A stretch of DNA of 64,000 nt from an uncultured beta proteobacterium (GTDB lineage: Bacteria; Pseudomonadota; Gammaproteobacteria; Burkholderiales; Burkholderiaceae_C): assembly GCA_963831255.1 (NCBI GenBank), contig CAWHPI010000002.1, positions 48,100-112,099 on the forward strand, in the 5' to 3' direction. The notes under the pieces are model-generated. The model did not search any database and was not told where the DNA came from. It saw nothing but the letters and a program-made list of their open reading frames with translations. The position numbers and the translations under genes are program-made. Numbering within the stretch: the first letter of the stretch is position 1; each line of letters starts with the position of its first letter. Shown one piece after another: positions 1 through 10,492 of this stretch.

Positions 1-626
1 AGCAGGGGTCGTACAGCGGCACGATGTCGTCCAGCGTCTCGGCCTGCGCCGCGTTCCAGCCGGTGGCGGCGATCATGGCCGCGGCCAGCGTTTCCTTCAG
101 CGGCGCATCGCCCTTGTCTTCGCGCCAGCCGCGCTTGAACAGCGGCTCGCCCGAGGTGTCGATGTAGAGCGTGAGTTCGTCGGTGGTCAGGTGGGCGTAG
201 ATGCGCACGTCGGGCCAGGTGGTGTCCACGCTGGGGCGCTCGCCGCGCTTGGCGCGGAAGCGGTCGCAGATGGCGTCCTTGATCTTGAGCGCGGCGAAGT
301 TCAGCGAGGTGAGCGGGCTGTGTTGCGCGGTGATCTCGACCTTGATGGTCTGCGCCGGGCGTGAACCAGATTTCCCAGGCGATCTCGCCCGCGGCGTTGT
401 ACAGGTCCTGCTCGCTGCGGTAGCCGCCGTGCCAGAGCTGCACCAGCACGCGCTGCGTGAGACGGCTGTGCAGGTTCAGGCGCATGGCGTCGCGCCACGA
501 GGCCTGCACGCCCACGCCACCGCGCGCCTTGAAAGCCAGCGGCTCGCCGGTGATGCGCTGTACTTCGTCGGCCAGGAAGTCTTCCACGCCAGCGGCGCAG
601 GGAAGAAAAAGTTTGAGTTGGTTCAT
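1..626 (-). CDS. THUMP-domain class I SAM-dependent RNA methyltransferase (RlmL-like); 3' end outside window; contains indels
   Basis: My translation from ATG at 626 gives MNQLKLFLPCAAGVEDFLADEV..., later NLHSRLTQRVL, SPLTSLNFAALKIKDAICDRF and LYIDTSGEPLFKRGWR...APLKETLAAAM, which are RlmL/YwbD-type motifs. Confidence 0.85.
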   Translation of the reverse strand, partial: MNQLKLFLPCAAGVEDFLADEVQRITGEPLAFKARGGVGVQASWRDAMRLNLHSRLTQRVLVQLWHGGYRSEQDLYNAAGEIAWEIWFTPGADHQGRDHRATQPAHLAELRRAQDQGRHLRPLPRQARRAPQRGHHLARRAHLRPPDHRRTHALHRHLGRAAVQARLARRQGRCAAEGNAGRGHDRRHRLERGAGRDAGRHRAAVRPL

Positions 627-683
627 GGACTGAGGTACAAAATTTTCGTCGGCGAGCAGTTCCACAGGAAGCGATGTCTGCTG

Positions 684-763
684 TCCAACACAGGCCGTGG
701 AACTGGCTTTGCCAGGCCACAGGCTGGTCCCCCTTGGGGGAAGACGCGAAGCGGCGCAGGGGG
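684..763 (+). repeat. REP-like multi-hairpin repeat, family A copy 1
   Basis: GCCGTGGAACTGGCTTTGCCAGGCCACAGGC...CCCCCTTGGGGGAAGACGCGAAGCGGCGCAGGGGG; abuts rpoN stop; similar to 16746, 24725, 26752 and 62091. Confidence 0.85.
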
Positions 764-2392
764 TTACAAAGCCCTACGCAAGCTCGCCGGCGCGATGCGC
801 AGCGCGTCGCGGTACTTGGCCACGGTGCGGCGCGCGCACTCGATGCCCTGCTCCTTGAGCAGGTCGGAGAGCTGGTTGTCTGACAACGGGCTGCGCCGGT
901 TCTTCGGCGGCGATGAACTGCTTGAGCAGGGCACGCACCGCGGTGCTCGATGCGTTGCCGCCGGTCTCGGTGCCCAGCGAGGAGCCAAAGAAGTACTTCA
1001 GCTCGAAGGTGCCGAAGGGCGTGGCCATGTACTTGGCCGTGGTCACGCGGCTGATGGTGGATTCGTGCAGCCCGAGCTCGTCGGCGATCTCGCGCAACAC
1101 CAGCGGGCGCATGGCAAGCTCGCCGTGCAGAAAGAAATTGCGCTGGCGTTCGACGATGGCGCTGGAGACCCGCAGGATGGTGTCGAAGCGCTGCTGGATG
1201 TTCTTGATGAACCAGCGCGCCTCCTGCAGCCGCTGCTGCATGGCGGCGTGGCCGGCCTCGGTGCCGTTGTCCTTGCCGCCGCGGTTCTGGCGCATGGCAT
1301 TGGCATACACATCGTGCACGCGCAGGCGCGGCATCACCTCGGGGTTGAGCTGCACCTTGAAGCCCCGGCCGGCGCGGCTGACCAGCACATCGGGGATCAC
1401 GATGTTGCGCTCCACCTCGATGAAGCGCCGCCCTGGCTTGGGCTCCAGGCGGGCGATCAGCGCGAGCGCGGCGCGGATGAGGTCTTCCTCCAGCCCGCAA
1501 CTGGCGCAAAGCCGCTTCACATCGCGCTTGGCCATGAGCTCCAGCGGCTGGGAGCAGATCGCCAGCGCGGCCCGAGCCTCAGGGCTGTTGCGCAGCTCCT
1601 CGATTTGCAGCCGCAGGCACTCGCCCAGATCGCGCGCACCCACGCCGCTGGGCTCCATGTGTTGCAGCAATTGCAAAGCCATCGCCAGCCGCTGTGCCGC
1701 GGCTTCGCAGGCCTGCAACACCTCGTCGGGCGAGAGCGCGGCGGCGTTGGCGCTCATGCGCAGCCAGGCCAGGGCGAGGTCGTTCAGGCTGTCTTCCAGA
1801 TAACCGTCTTCGTTCAGCGACTCGATCAGGAAATACAGCGCGGCGCTGTCTTCTTCACTCAGGCGCAGGCCCGCGCCTGGTGGTGCAGGTGGTCTTGCAA
1901 GCGGGTTCCGGCGCGCGCGAGCTCGGCGGCGCTGGCGGTTTCTTCGTCACCACCGGCGTTGCTGGTGTTGTTGCGGGCGGGCGCGTCGCCGCCCCACTCG
2001 CTGTCGTCGGGCGCCATGTCCACCGAGCCGTCGCCGTCCCAGCTTTCCTCCAGCGGACGGTCGCCTTCGGCGCGGCTTTCCACGTTGTCCGAAGCCTCGC
2101 TGTCGCTGCGCTCGCTGCTCACCCGCTCCAGCGCTGACAGCTGCGGCACGACCGGGTCGGCCGCCTCGCTGATCTGCTCACTGGTGCTCACCGGTGTGTC
2201 GGCCTGGTCCAGGCCAAACGACTCGCGATCGGCACCGTCTTCACTGCGTTCCAGAAACGGGTTTTCGTCCAGCATCTGCTCCACCTCCTGCGCCATCTCC
2301 AGGGTGGAGAGCTGCAACAGACGGATCGACTGCTGCAACTGCGGCGTGAGCGCGAGGTGCTGGGAAACGCGTAAGGACAGGCCGGGTTTCAT
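764..2392 (-). CDS. rpoN: RNA polymerase sigma-54 factor (split over frames by indels near 1872 and 897)
   Basis: N-terminal [33 protein letters not shown], RpoN box ARRTVAKYR. Confidence 0.97.
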
Positions 2393-2397
2393 GGCCA

Positions 2398-3198
2398 CTA
2401 CATGCGGAAGTGTTCGCCGAGGTAGACGCGGCGCACGTCGGCGTTTTCAACGATCTCGGCCGGCGTGCCGCTGGTGAGCACATGACCCTCGTTGATGATG
2501 TAAGCGCGGTCGCAGATGCCCAGCGTCTCGCGCACGTTGTGGTCGGTGATGAGCACACCGATGCCGCGCGACTTGAGGAAACCGATGATGCGCTGGATCT
2601 CGATCACCGCAATCGGGTCGATGCCGGCAAACGGCTCATCCAGCAGGATGAAGCGCGGATTGGTGGCCAGCGCACGCGCAATTTCCACGCGGCGGCGCTC
2701 ACCACCAGAGAGCGCGGGCGACGGCGAATCGCGCAGGTGGTCCACATGCAGATCGGCCAGCAGCTGGGTCAGCCGCTGCTCGATCGCCGCGCTCGAAAGG
2801 GCGCGCCCGGCGGCGTCCTGCTGCAGTTCCAGCACCGCGCGCACGTTGTCGGCCACGTTGAGCTTGCGGAAAATCGAAGCCTCTTGCGGCAGGTAACCCA
2901 GACCCAGGCGCGCGCGCTGGTGAATCGGCATTTTTTCGATTGCCTGACCATCGAGCAGGATCTGGCCAGCGTCGGACCGCAACAGGCCAACCAGCATGTA
3001 GAACGACGTGGTTTTGCCCGCGCCGTTGGGGCCAAGCAGGCCCACCACCTCGCCTTCGTCAACCGAGAGCGACACGTCCTTGACCACCATGCGGCTGCCG
3101 TAGGCCTTCTTCAGGCCAGTGGCAATCAGGCGGCTGGTGGGGTCCGGGGCGCTGGTGCGGAGGGAAGCGGGCGCCGCGTCAGCCTGGGGCGCCTTCAC
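2398..3198 (-). CDS. lptB: LPS export ABC transporter ATPase
   Basis: [38 protein letters not shown]-terminal VYLGEHFRM; directly upstream of rpoN. Confidence 0.97.
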   Translation of the reverse strand: MKAPQADAAPASLRTSAPDPTSRLIATGLKKAYGSRMVVKDVSLSVDEGEVVGLLGPNGAGKTTSFYMLVGLLRSDAGQILLDGQAIEKMPIHQRARLGLGYLPQEASIFRKLNVADNVRAVLELQQDAAGRALSSAAIEQRLTQLLADLHVDHLRDSPSPALSGGERRRVEIARALATNPRFILLDEPFAGIDPIAVIEIQRIIGFLKSRGIGVLITDHNVRETLGICDRAYIINEGHVLTSGTPAEIVENADVRRVYLGEHFRM

Positions 3199-3828
3199 GG
3201 ACGGCCCTCGCCGAGCTTGTCGGCGGGTTTGAGCACAGCCGGCGCGGCCGGGGTCGGGCTGGCGGCTGGCTCACCTGGCTTGGGCATCGGTGTGAGCATG
3301 GCGCGCACGCGGCCGGTCGGGTTGCCGGCGGTGCGGTTGCTGGGGCCGCCGTCCACGGTGAAGACATCGGTGGTGTTGTTGTAGACGATCAGCGCTGCCG
3401 GTGGTTTCGTCGTTGATGCGGCTGCCTGCGAGGCGGCGCAGCACGGCGTTGCCGATGAAGCGCACCGTGTCGGCCCGGCTGTCGTACTCGATGCGCTGGG
3501 CCGTGCCTTCGATGAACTCGTCCACACCGTCGCGCTTCTGGCGAAAAAACGCCGGGCTGCCGTTGACCACGCCAAACTGGTCGCCCTGCGCATCCTGCCT
3601 CACCTCCACCTGTGCGCCGCGGATCACGATCGTGCCCTTGGTGATGACCACGTTGCCGGTGAACACACTGGTCTGGCGTGCATCGTCGTAGCGCAAGGCG
3701 TCCGCCTCCGCGTTCATGGGCTGGTCGCGGTCGGCCTTTTCGGCCAGCGCGGGGCCCGCGCCCGCGATCAGCGCCACGGACAAGGCAAGCGGCGACAGGA
3801 TGGGGCGAAATCGGAGGGTCAAGGGCAT
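3195..3828 (-). CDS. lptA: LPS transport periplasmic protein (indel near 3395)
   Basis: Signal peptide then [15 protein letters not shown]...[11 protein letters not shown]...FFRQKRDG; C-terminal GRVRAMLTP in a second frame. Confidence 0.93.
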
Positions 3829-3836
3829 GGCAGATA

Positions 3837-3852
3837 GGGCACGGAACTTGCA
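3837..3852 (+). promoter_or_regulatory. Candidate sigma-54 -24/-12 site
   Basis: GGGCACGGAACTTGCA versus consensus TGGCACGNNNNTTGCW, with correct GG-to-GC spacing; lies just inside the - strand TACAAT -10-like box (3856-3861) upstream of lptA. Confidence 0.55.
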
Positions 3853-3862
3853 TTCATTGTAG

Positions 3863-3962
3863 CGACGCATGCTGCTCCCACACGCCTTGGGGCGTGACTT
3901 TTGCGGGCTTTGTGCGGTGTACGAAGCCCGTAAAAACAAAGCCCGCTCAGAAGCGGGCTTTG
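3863..3962 (+). ncRNA. Putative small structured RNA (three hairpins) downstream of the sigma-54-like site
   Basis: Hairpins at 3881-3896, 3899-3935 (17 bp, three G.U pairs only on + strand) and 3937-3962. Confidence 0.3.
3937..3962 (-). terminator. Rho-independent terminator after dsbA (possibly bidirectional)
   Basis: CAAAGCCCGCT-CAGA-AGCGGGCTTTG; T-tract (TTTGTTTTT) follows on - strand. Confidence 0.8.
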
Positions 3963-3982
3963 CACAAGCGAGCGGCGCCAGC

Positions 3983-4637
3983 TCAGGTCTTGCGCACCTC
4001 GGCAATCAGGGCCTCGGCCACCACGATGGAGCGCGGGCCCTGGCCTGGCACATAAAAGCGACCGGCCACGCCGAGTGCCGGCGTGCCTTCCACCCGGTAG
4101 GCGTCTTGCAGCTGGACCGCGCGGTTGGACTTGCCCGCGACCGCAAACGAGTTGTAGACGGCGGCGAATTTCGCCTTGTCCACGCCCTGCTTGCCGACCC
4201 AGTCGGTGATGGCCTCGGCCGTGGTCAGGCGCAGCTTCTCGACATGGATCGCGCTGAACACCTTCTCGTGCAGCTTGTCGACCAGATCCATCGCCTCCAG
4301 CGCGTAGTAGAGCTTTTGCATGGGCACAAACCCTTCACTGAACTTCACCGGCGTGCGGCTTGACCACCACATTGGCCGGCTTCTTCTTGATCCAGGCCGC
4401 CATCACCGGCTCGAAGTTGAAGCAGTGGATGCAGGTGTAGGCGAAGAACTCCAGCACCTCGACCTGACCCGCAGGCGCATCGACCGGCGCCGGACGACCC
4501 AGCCGCACATAGTCCGTGCCTTCTTTCAGGCCAGCAATCTGCGCCTGGGCACTGGTGGAGCCGAGCGCGGCCAGACCGCCCAGGGTGGTGGTGGCGCCAG
4601 CGGCCAGGATCGAGCGGGAAAAGTCGCGACGTTGCAT
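3983..4637 (-). CDS. dsbA: Thiol:disulfide interchange protein DsbA (indel near 4360)
   Basis: EVLEFFAYTCIHCFNFEP CXXC motif, cis-Pro loop VEGTP; follows SPOR gene and argS as typical. Confidence 0.9.
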
Positions 4638-4712
4638 CTGTGGAAACTCCTTGATTGGCCTGCTTGGGGCCGATGGGTGGAACAAAGTTCCCCCGGTTGA
4701 ACAGGCAAGCGC

Positions 4713-5387
4713 TCAGCGTTGCACGCGCACCAGCGCGGCTTCGGTGCCATTGACTTCGAGCTGCTCGCGGGTGAGATCGGCCAGGGCCTTCTGGTTGAAC
4801 GGGCCCACGCGCACACGGAAAACCGTGCGCCCGGCCTGCTCGCGCTCGCTCACCAGCGCCTCGATACCGAGCATCGCCAGCTTGGCGCGCTGGGCCTCGG
4901 CATCCTCGGCGCTGCGGAAGGCCCCGGCCTGCACGAAGTAGATGAAAGGGTCGGCACCCGGACCGGGCGCCGGCGTGGCGGGCGCCGCCGCGCTCTCCCC
5001 GGTTTTGGCCTTGGCCAGATCGCCCAGCGGGTCGGCGCCCGGCGCTTCGGTGGCACGGGTGGCGCCCGGCTTGGGCAGCGGCTGGCCATCGGCTGGCGGC
5101 ACCACGATGGCGCCATCGGCGCTGGCAGGAGCGGCTGGCGGGGCGGCGGTGGGCGAGCGGCCGTTGAGGGTCGCGTTCGGGTCCCAGCCCTTGTTGCGCT
5201 CGGCCTCGGCCGCGTCTTGCGCCGGGTTGCGCGAGACATCGCGGTCCACAAATGGCACCGGCACCTTGGTCACGTAGATCGCCACCGCCAGCGCCGCGCC
5301 CAGACCCAGCAGCAGGCCGATCACCAGGCCAAGCAAGGTGCCGCCGCGCTGAGAGTGGTATTTGTTTGGTTTTGTCTTCATCAACAT
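4713..5387 (-). CDS. SPOR-domain cell division protein (FtsN-like)
   Basis: N-terminal TM helix, Pro/Ala linker, C-terminal YFVQAGAF...FRVRVGPF SPOR domain. Confidence 0.9.
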   Translation of the reverse strand: MLMKTKPNKYHSQRGGTLLGLVIGLLLGLGAALAVAIYVTKVPVPFVDRDVSRNPAQDAAEAERNKGWDPNATLNGRSPTAAPPAAPASADGAIVVPPADGQPLPKPGATRATEAPGADPLGDLAKAKTGESAAAPATPAPGPGADPFIYFVQAGAFRSAEDAEAQRAKLAMLGIEALVSEREQAGRTVFRVRVGPFNQKALADLTREQLEVNGTEAALVRVQR

Positions 5388-5394
5388 GTCCGGT

Positions 5395-7083
5395 TCACAT
5401 CTTCTGCGGAGCGCTCACGCCCAGCACCGCGAGGCCATTGTGCAACACCTGCGCGGTGGCACTGACCAGCGCCAGACGCGCTTTCTTCACGGCCTCGTCG
5501 TCCACCAGGATGCGCTCGGCGTCGTAGTAGCTGTGGTAACTCGCGGCCAGCTCGCGCAGGTAAAAAGTGACGTCGTGCGGCGCGAAATCGCGCGCCGCGT
5601 CGGTCAGCATCGCCGGGTACTTGGCCAGCAGCAGCATCAGCGCCTGCGCGGCCGGGCTGTCCAGCGGCGTCAGGTCGGCGGTCTTGCAGCGTGCGCAGCG
5701 TCGCCGCCCCAGGCCGCGAGCACCGAGCAGATGCGCGCATGCGCGTACTGCACGTAGTACACCGGGTTGTCGTTGTTCTTCTGCACCGCCAGGTCCACGT
5801 CGAAGGTGTACTCGGTGTCGGGCTTGCGGCTGAGCAGGAAGAAGCGCACCGCGTCTTTGCTGGTCCACTCGATCAGGTCGCGCAGGGTCACGTAGCTGCC
5901 CGCGCGCTTGCTGATCTTCACCTCTTCGCCGCCCTTGACCACGCGCACCATGGTGTGCAGCACGTAGTCGGGGTAACCGGCCGGAATACCCACGTTGGCC
6001 GCCTGCAGGCCGGCGCGCACGCGCGCGATGGTGCCGTGGTGGTCGGTGCCCTGGATGTTGATCACCTTGGTGAAGCCGCGCTCCCACTTGGCGATGTGGT
6101 ACGCCACATCGGGCACGAAGTAGGTGAAGCGTGCCGTCGCCCTTGCGCATGACGCGGTCCTTGTCGTCGCCGTAGTCGGTGGACTTGAGCCACAGCGCGC
6201 CGTCTTGTTCGTAGGTCTTGCCGGCTTCGACCAGCCGCTTCACCGTGGCCTCGACGCGGCCGCTGGTGTACAGGCTGGACTCCAGGTAGTAGTGGTCGAA
6301 CTTGACCGCGAAGGCCTGCAGGTCCAGGTCCTGCTCGTGGCGCAGGTAGGCCACGGCAAACTGGCGCATGCCGTCCAGGTCGTTCAGGTCGCCGCTGGCG
6401 GTGAATTCACGGTCGTCGGCGTGCACCGTCTTCTTCGCCAGAAAGTCGTTGGCGATGTCCTGGATGTAGTCGCCGTTGTAAGCGGCTGCATTCTCGCCAC
6501 TGGGCCAGCCGGCATCGCCCGGCTTGAGGCCCTTGGCGCGCAGCTGGGTGGAGGTGGCCAGGGTGCCGATCTGCACCCCGGCGTCGTTGTAATAGAACTC
6601 GCGGTGCACCTGCCAGCCCTGGGTGCCGTACAGGTTGCAGATGGCATCACCCAGCGCGGCCTGGCGGCCGTGACCGACATGCAGCGGGCCGGTGGGGTTG
6701 GCCGAGACAAATTCGACCATGAGCTTCTGGCCGTTGGACGGCGCTTCGCCAAAACACGGCCCCGCCGCCAGCACCTCGCGCACCACCTGCTGCTTGGCCT
6801 CGGGTTTCAGGCGGATGTTGATGAAGCCAGGGCCGGCGATGTCGATGTCGGCCACCCATTGCTGGAACACCGGCAGCGCCAGCAGCGCCTCGCGCAGCTG
6901 CTCGCCCAGCTGGCGCGGGTTGAGCTTGAGCGGTTTGGCGAGCTGCATGGCGGCGGTGATGGCGAAGTCGCCATGGGCCGCCACCTTGGGCGACTCGAAC
7001 GCCGCCTTGGCACCGGCCCCCGGCGAAAGCGCGTCCAGCGCCGTGGCCAGGCCGGCCAGCAGGTCTTGTTTGATCTTGAGCAT
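5395..7083 (-). CDS. argS: Arginine--tRNA ligase (indels near 6130 and 5700)
   Basis: [43 protein letters not shown]-terminal LGVSAPQKM. Confidence 0.97.
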   Translation of the reverse strand: MLKIKQDLLAGLATALDALSPGAGAKAAFESPKVAAHGDFAITAAMQLAKPLKLNPRQLGEQLREALLALPVFQQWVADIDIAGPGFINIRLKPEAKQQVVREVLAAGPCFGEAPSNGQKLMVEFVSANPTGPLHVGHGRQAALGDAICNLYGTQGWQVHREFYYNDAGVQIGTLATSTQLRAKGLKPGDAGWPSGENAAAYNGDYIQDIANDFLAKKTVHADDREFTASGDLNDLDGMRQFAVAYLRHEQDLDLQAFAVKFDHYYLESSLYTSGRVEATVKRLVEAGKTYEQDGALWLKSTDYGDDKDRVMRKGDGTLHLLRARCGVPHRQVGARLHQGDQHPGHRPPRHHRARARRPAGGQRGYSGRLPRLRAAHHGARGQGRRRGEDQQARGQLRDPARPDRVDQQRRGALLPAQPQARHRVHLRRGPGGAEEQRQPGVLRAVRACAHLLGARGLGRRRCARCKTADLTPLDSPAAQALMLLLAKYPAMLTDAARDFAPHDVTFYLRELAASYHSYYDAERILVDDEAVKKARLALVSATAQVLHNGLAVLGVSAPQKM

Positions 7084-7153
7084 AGGGCGCCGATTTTAGG
7101 TTCTGAGCCGGGCGTGCCGGCAGAGGGGCGCGAAGTCCGCTAACGTCAGGGGC

Positions 7154-7654
7154 ATGAACACCTCACCCACCCCCGATCGCCGCCGCTGGCTGGGCCGCCT
7201 GCTGGCGCTGGGCGCCGGCACCGCCGCAGCCGCTGGCACCAGCCACGCGGCGAGCCCGCTGTCGATGAAACCACCGCTGCCCGGCGACGATGTGCCACAC
7301 AAGATCGTCTACCAGCTCAACCGCCACGAGCCGGAATACCAGGAAGCGATCTTCAACTCCATCAGCGCCATGCTGAAGAAGTATGTGGACGACGTCGCCA
7401 TCGCCGTGGTGGTGTGGGGCCCGGGCATCCACCTGCTGGCCAGAAAGCCGCAGCGACCGGTGCCCGAACTGCACCAGCAGCGCGCCCGCAGCATGGCCGA
7501 GGCCTACGGCGTGCGCTTCATCGCCTGCGGCAACACCATGCACACCGTGGGCTGGACCCAGGCCGACATGCTGGACTTTGCCCAGGTCGAGGAAGTGGGC
7601 GCGGCGGCGGTGATGGAGCTGCAGGAGAAAGGCTACGCCTACCTGGCCTGGTGA
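7154..7654 (+). CDS. DsrE/F-like family protein with twin-arginine signal peptide
   Basis: DRRRWLGRLLALG signal; VVVWGPGIHLL, FIACGNTM and ELQEKGYAYL resemble DsrE-family motifs. Confidence 0.75.
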   Translation: MNTSPTPDRRRWLGRLLALGAGTAAAAGTSHAASPLSMKPPLPGDDVPHKIVYQLNRHEPEYQEAIFNSISAMLKKYVDDVAIAVVVWGPGIHLLARKPQRPVPELHQQRARSMAEAYGVRFIACGNTMHTVGWTQADMLDFAQVEEVGAAAVMELQEKGYAYLAW

Positions 7655-7697
7655 GCATGGCCTGAGCGCCTGCCGGCAGCGCAAGCCTCTGCGCGCC

Positions 7698-8623
7698 TCA
7701 AGCCTCTGCCACCGCCATCGGCGCCAGGTGCGCCAGGCGCCGCCGCCTTGACCGCCGCCGTCAACCGCTGGGCCGAAGGCGACTCGCGCGCCCAGTGCTG
7801 CCAGTACAGCACCACATTCACCGTGGCGCCCGGCAGCAGTTCTTCCAGGTCGTGGCGGTGGGCCAGCGTCTGCTCGGGCACCATGCCCCAGCCCATGCCT
7901 TGCGCAATCGCCACCTCGAAGGCGTCCACCGCGGGCGCGAAATGGCGCGGATAGCGCGGCTGGCGCAGGCCGAAGTGCTGCTCCAGAAAGTCGTCCTGCA
8001 GCGCGTCTTTGCGGTTGAAGATGATGGCGGGCTGCGCCAGCAGCTTGTGGGGTGACACGGCGCCCGCCGGCGTGCGGCAGCGCTGCGCCACGGCGGGCGA
8101 GGCCACGCAGCGGTAGCGCATCACCCCCAGCGGCTCGGCCACGCAGCCGCGCATGGCCTGGGCCAGCGTGGTCACGCAGCCCATCACCTCGCCGCTCTTG
8201 AGCGCGTCGTGGGTGTGGTCCTGGTCGTCGATCACCACCTCCAGCAGCAGCCGGTGCCGCTGCAGCACCGGCGCCACGCCGGGCAGAAACCAGCTCGCCA
8301 CCGAATCGGCGTTGATCGCCACGCTCGAGCGACTGCCAGCGCGCGCCTGCCATCTGCGCCGGCGCGCCGCCGCCCTGCAGGCCGCTGAGCAGATCGGTTT
8401 CCATCATGCGCACCTGCTTCACGTGCGCCAGCAGCGCCTGGCCGGCCGCGGTGGCGCGCACCGACTTGCCGCGCACCAGCAGGCGCTGACCCATCTGGTC
8501 TTCGAGCGCCTTGATGCGCAGCGACACCGCCGCCAGCGTGAGCGACAAGGCCTTGGCGGCCGGGCCAAAGCCCCCGTGTTCGATCACGGCGGCCAGGGCA
8601 TCGAGCTGGCGGGCGTCGAGCAT
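7698..8623 (-). CDS. argP: LysR-family regulator ArgP/LysG (indels near 8325 and 7740)
   Basis: HTH N-terminus, AINADSVASWF, IDDQDHT, LYWQHW; divergent from a LysE exporter. Confidence 0.88.
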
Positions 8624-8640
8624 GGGGTGTTCTCTGGTTC

Positions 8641-8692
8641 GGTTAACTTCAATTGAAGCAAATGAAGTTTAAGTTAACTCGATTTAATTTCT
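8641..8692. promoter_or_regulatory. AT-rich dyad-symmetric LysR (ArgP) operator region
   Basis: GTTAACTT...AAGTTAAC inverted repeat containing the CTTCAATTGAAG palindrome, between divergent argP and argO. Confidence 0.6.
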
Positions 8693-8780
8693 TACCGAAG
8701 GCGAGCACACTTCGCCACCTGCTGATGCCGTTTGCGCTGCTCAGCGCCTGAACGCCTGCCTTTCGAACCGGTATCCCGCC

Positions 8781-9434
8781 ATGTCCTTCGCCCTCGCCTC
8801 CTTCCCCACCTTCACCGCCGGCATGGTGCTGAGCATGTCGCTCATCATGGCCATCGGCCCGCAGAACGCGCACGTGTTGCGCATGGGCCTGCAGCGCCAG
8901 CATGTGGGGCTCACGGTGGCGGTGTGCATGCTGTCCGACATGGTGCTCATCGGCATCGGCGTGCTCGGCCTGTCGCAGCTCGGCGGCCTGTCCGACAAGC
9001 TGATGGGCGCGCTGGTGGGCGCGGGCGCGCTGTTCCTCACCGTCTACGGCTGGAAAGCCTTTCACCGCTTTCTGCACCCGCAGGTGCTGAACCTGGACCC
9101 CGCCACGGCTGAGGCCCACACCTCGCCCACCGCCCCGCCGACCACCAGGCGCCAGGCGGTCTTGGCCGCACTCGCCTTCTCCTGGCTCAACCCGCACGCC
9201 TGGCTCGACACCGCGGTGCTGATCGGCACCGCCTCGCTGGCCTACGGCGCGAGCGCCAACGTGTTCGGCATGGGCGCCGCCGCCGGTTCGGTGGTGTGGT
9301 TTGCCGGCCTGGGCCTGGCCGCGTTCTGGCTCGGCCGGCGCCTCAACTCGCTGCACCTCTGGCGCGCGCTGGACGGCGCCGTGGCGCTCATGATGTGGGG
9401 CACGGCCGCTTTCCTGCTGAAAAGCCTGTTCTGA
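8781..9434 (+). CDS. argO: LysE/ArgO amino acid exporter
   Basis: SLIMAIGPQNAHVLRMG and WLNPHAWLDT motifs. Confidence 0.85.
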   Translation: MSFALASFPTFTAGMVLSMSLIMAIGPQNAHVLRMGLQRQHVGLTVAVCMLSDMVLIGIGVLGLSQLGGLSDKLMGALVGAGALFLTVYGWKAFHRFLHPQVLNLDPATAEAHTSPTAPPTTRRQAVLAALAFSWLNPHAWLDTAVLIGTASLAYGASANVFGMGAAAGSVVWFAGLGLAAFWLGRRLNSLHLWRALDGAVALMMWGTAAFLLKSLF

Positions 9435-9474
9435 TCGGTTCGCTGCGTCGGCCACCGCGCGCAGGCCCCAGCGG

Positions 9475-9762
9475 CTACAGGCCCTGGGTGACGACCAGGT
9501 GAGACCGGGTGGTGCGCTCGCGGATCGCGCGCAGCGGCGCGTACTCGGGCGAAGTCCACCAGGCGCGAAAGCGCGCCATGTCGGGAAACGCCAGGATCAC
9601 GCAGCGCTTGGGCGACCAGCTGCCTTCGAGCACTTCGGTCTCGCCGCCGCGCGCGAGGTAGCGACCGCCGTGAGCGGCGATCGTGGCCGGCACCTGCTGC
9701 CGGTAAGCCTCGTAGCCTTCGCTGTCGATCACTTCCACGTCTGCAATCACGTAAGCCGCCAT
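9475..9762 (-). CDS. DUF1330 family protein
   Basis: AYVIADVEV...HGGRYLARGG...LEG.W.P...FP...WWTSPEY. Confidence 0.85.
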   Translation of the reverse strand: MAAYVIADVEVIDSEGYEAYRQQVPATIAAHGGRYLARGGETEVLEGSWSPKRCVILAFPDMARFRAWWTSPEYAPLRAIRERTTRSHLVVTQGL

Positions 9763-9855
9763 GGCGCTTCTCCGGTGAGTGGACACGCCGCCTCGCGCGG
9801 TGTGCAGACCACCATGTTCACACAGGCCCGGCAAGCCCGCCGAAGTTGGCAGGCA

Positions 9856-10317
9856 CTACAGCTGCCCCTCAGTCAGCGTGTCGAGCTGAAAACGCCCGCT
9901 CTTGTCCCACAGCCAGGTGTCGGTGTAGGTCACCGTGCGCGAGGGCGTCGGGTAAGGCGCAGCGGCACGCACGATGCGCTCGATCTCCACCACCACCTCG
10001 GGCGCGTGGCTGGGCGCGCGCAACCAGTTCATGCGCCCCACCTGACCGCGCCGGTCGATGTCCACCTGCAACACACCGATCGCGTACAGGTTGGGCTGCA
10101 TCACGCCTCGGTAGATGCGATCGCTGTTGCGGGTGTAGAGGTGGCTGGCGACCGCCCGCCGGTAGTCGCGCGAGGCAGGGGCGTCGGGTGCGCGGCCAAC
10201 GGTGGAGGACGAAAAGGGTGACGCGCAGCCGGCCACGAGGCCTGCCGCGCCCAGTGCGGCAGAGGCCCGCAGAAAGTTGCGCCTAAGCACACGGGAGAGC
10301 GCTGGAGATGAAGTCAT
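9856..10317 (-). CDS. Conserved lipoprotein (possible TonB C-terminal-like fold)
   Basis: RRNFL signal, lipobox LVAGC, C-terminal TDTWLWDKSGRFQLDTLTEGQ. Confidence 0.7.
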   Translation of the reverse strand: MTSSPALSRVLRRNFLRASAALGAAGLVAGCASPFSSSTVGRAPDAPASRDYRRAVASHLYTRNSDRIYRGVMQPNLYAIGVLQVDIDRRGQVGRMNWLRAPSHAPEVVVEIERIVRAAAPYPTPSRTVTYTDTWLWDKSGRFQLDTLTEGQL

Positions 10318-10492
10318 GGGTGCTCCTGGTGGGTGTTGGTGATGGCGGTTCGGCGACTTGAGCATGAGCCGTTTCGGCGCTGTGCTGCAGAGGTGGCGTG
10401 CAAGCTTGAGCAACAAGCGTGACCAGCCTTCATTGTCCGTGGCGCTCTGGCCCTGGCTGGTAGCAGGCAAGGTCGGCAGGTCAGCGAGCCCG

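Noticed and set aside
201-2477. Long antisense or alternative-frame ORFs (also 32192-34333, 50414-53065, 23054-25231 and others)
   Set aside because: Shadow ORFs of real genes in high-GC DNA with no recognisable motifs
5395-7083. Programmed frameshifting or pseudogenisation of argS (likewise leuS, rpoN, dapB)
   Set aside because: No consistent slippery sites, the genes are housekeeping and mostly essential, and indels are widespread, so sequencing error is more parsimonious
7682-7709. 11-bp direct repeat CAAGCCTCTGC as a target-site duplication
   Set aside because: Copies are only 6 bp apart at the argP 3' end with no element between them
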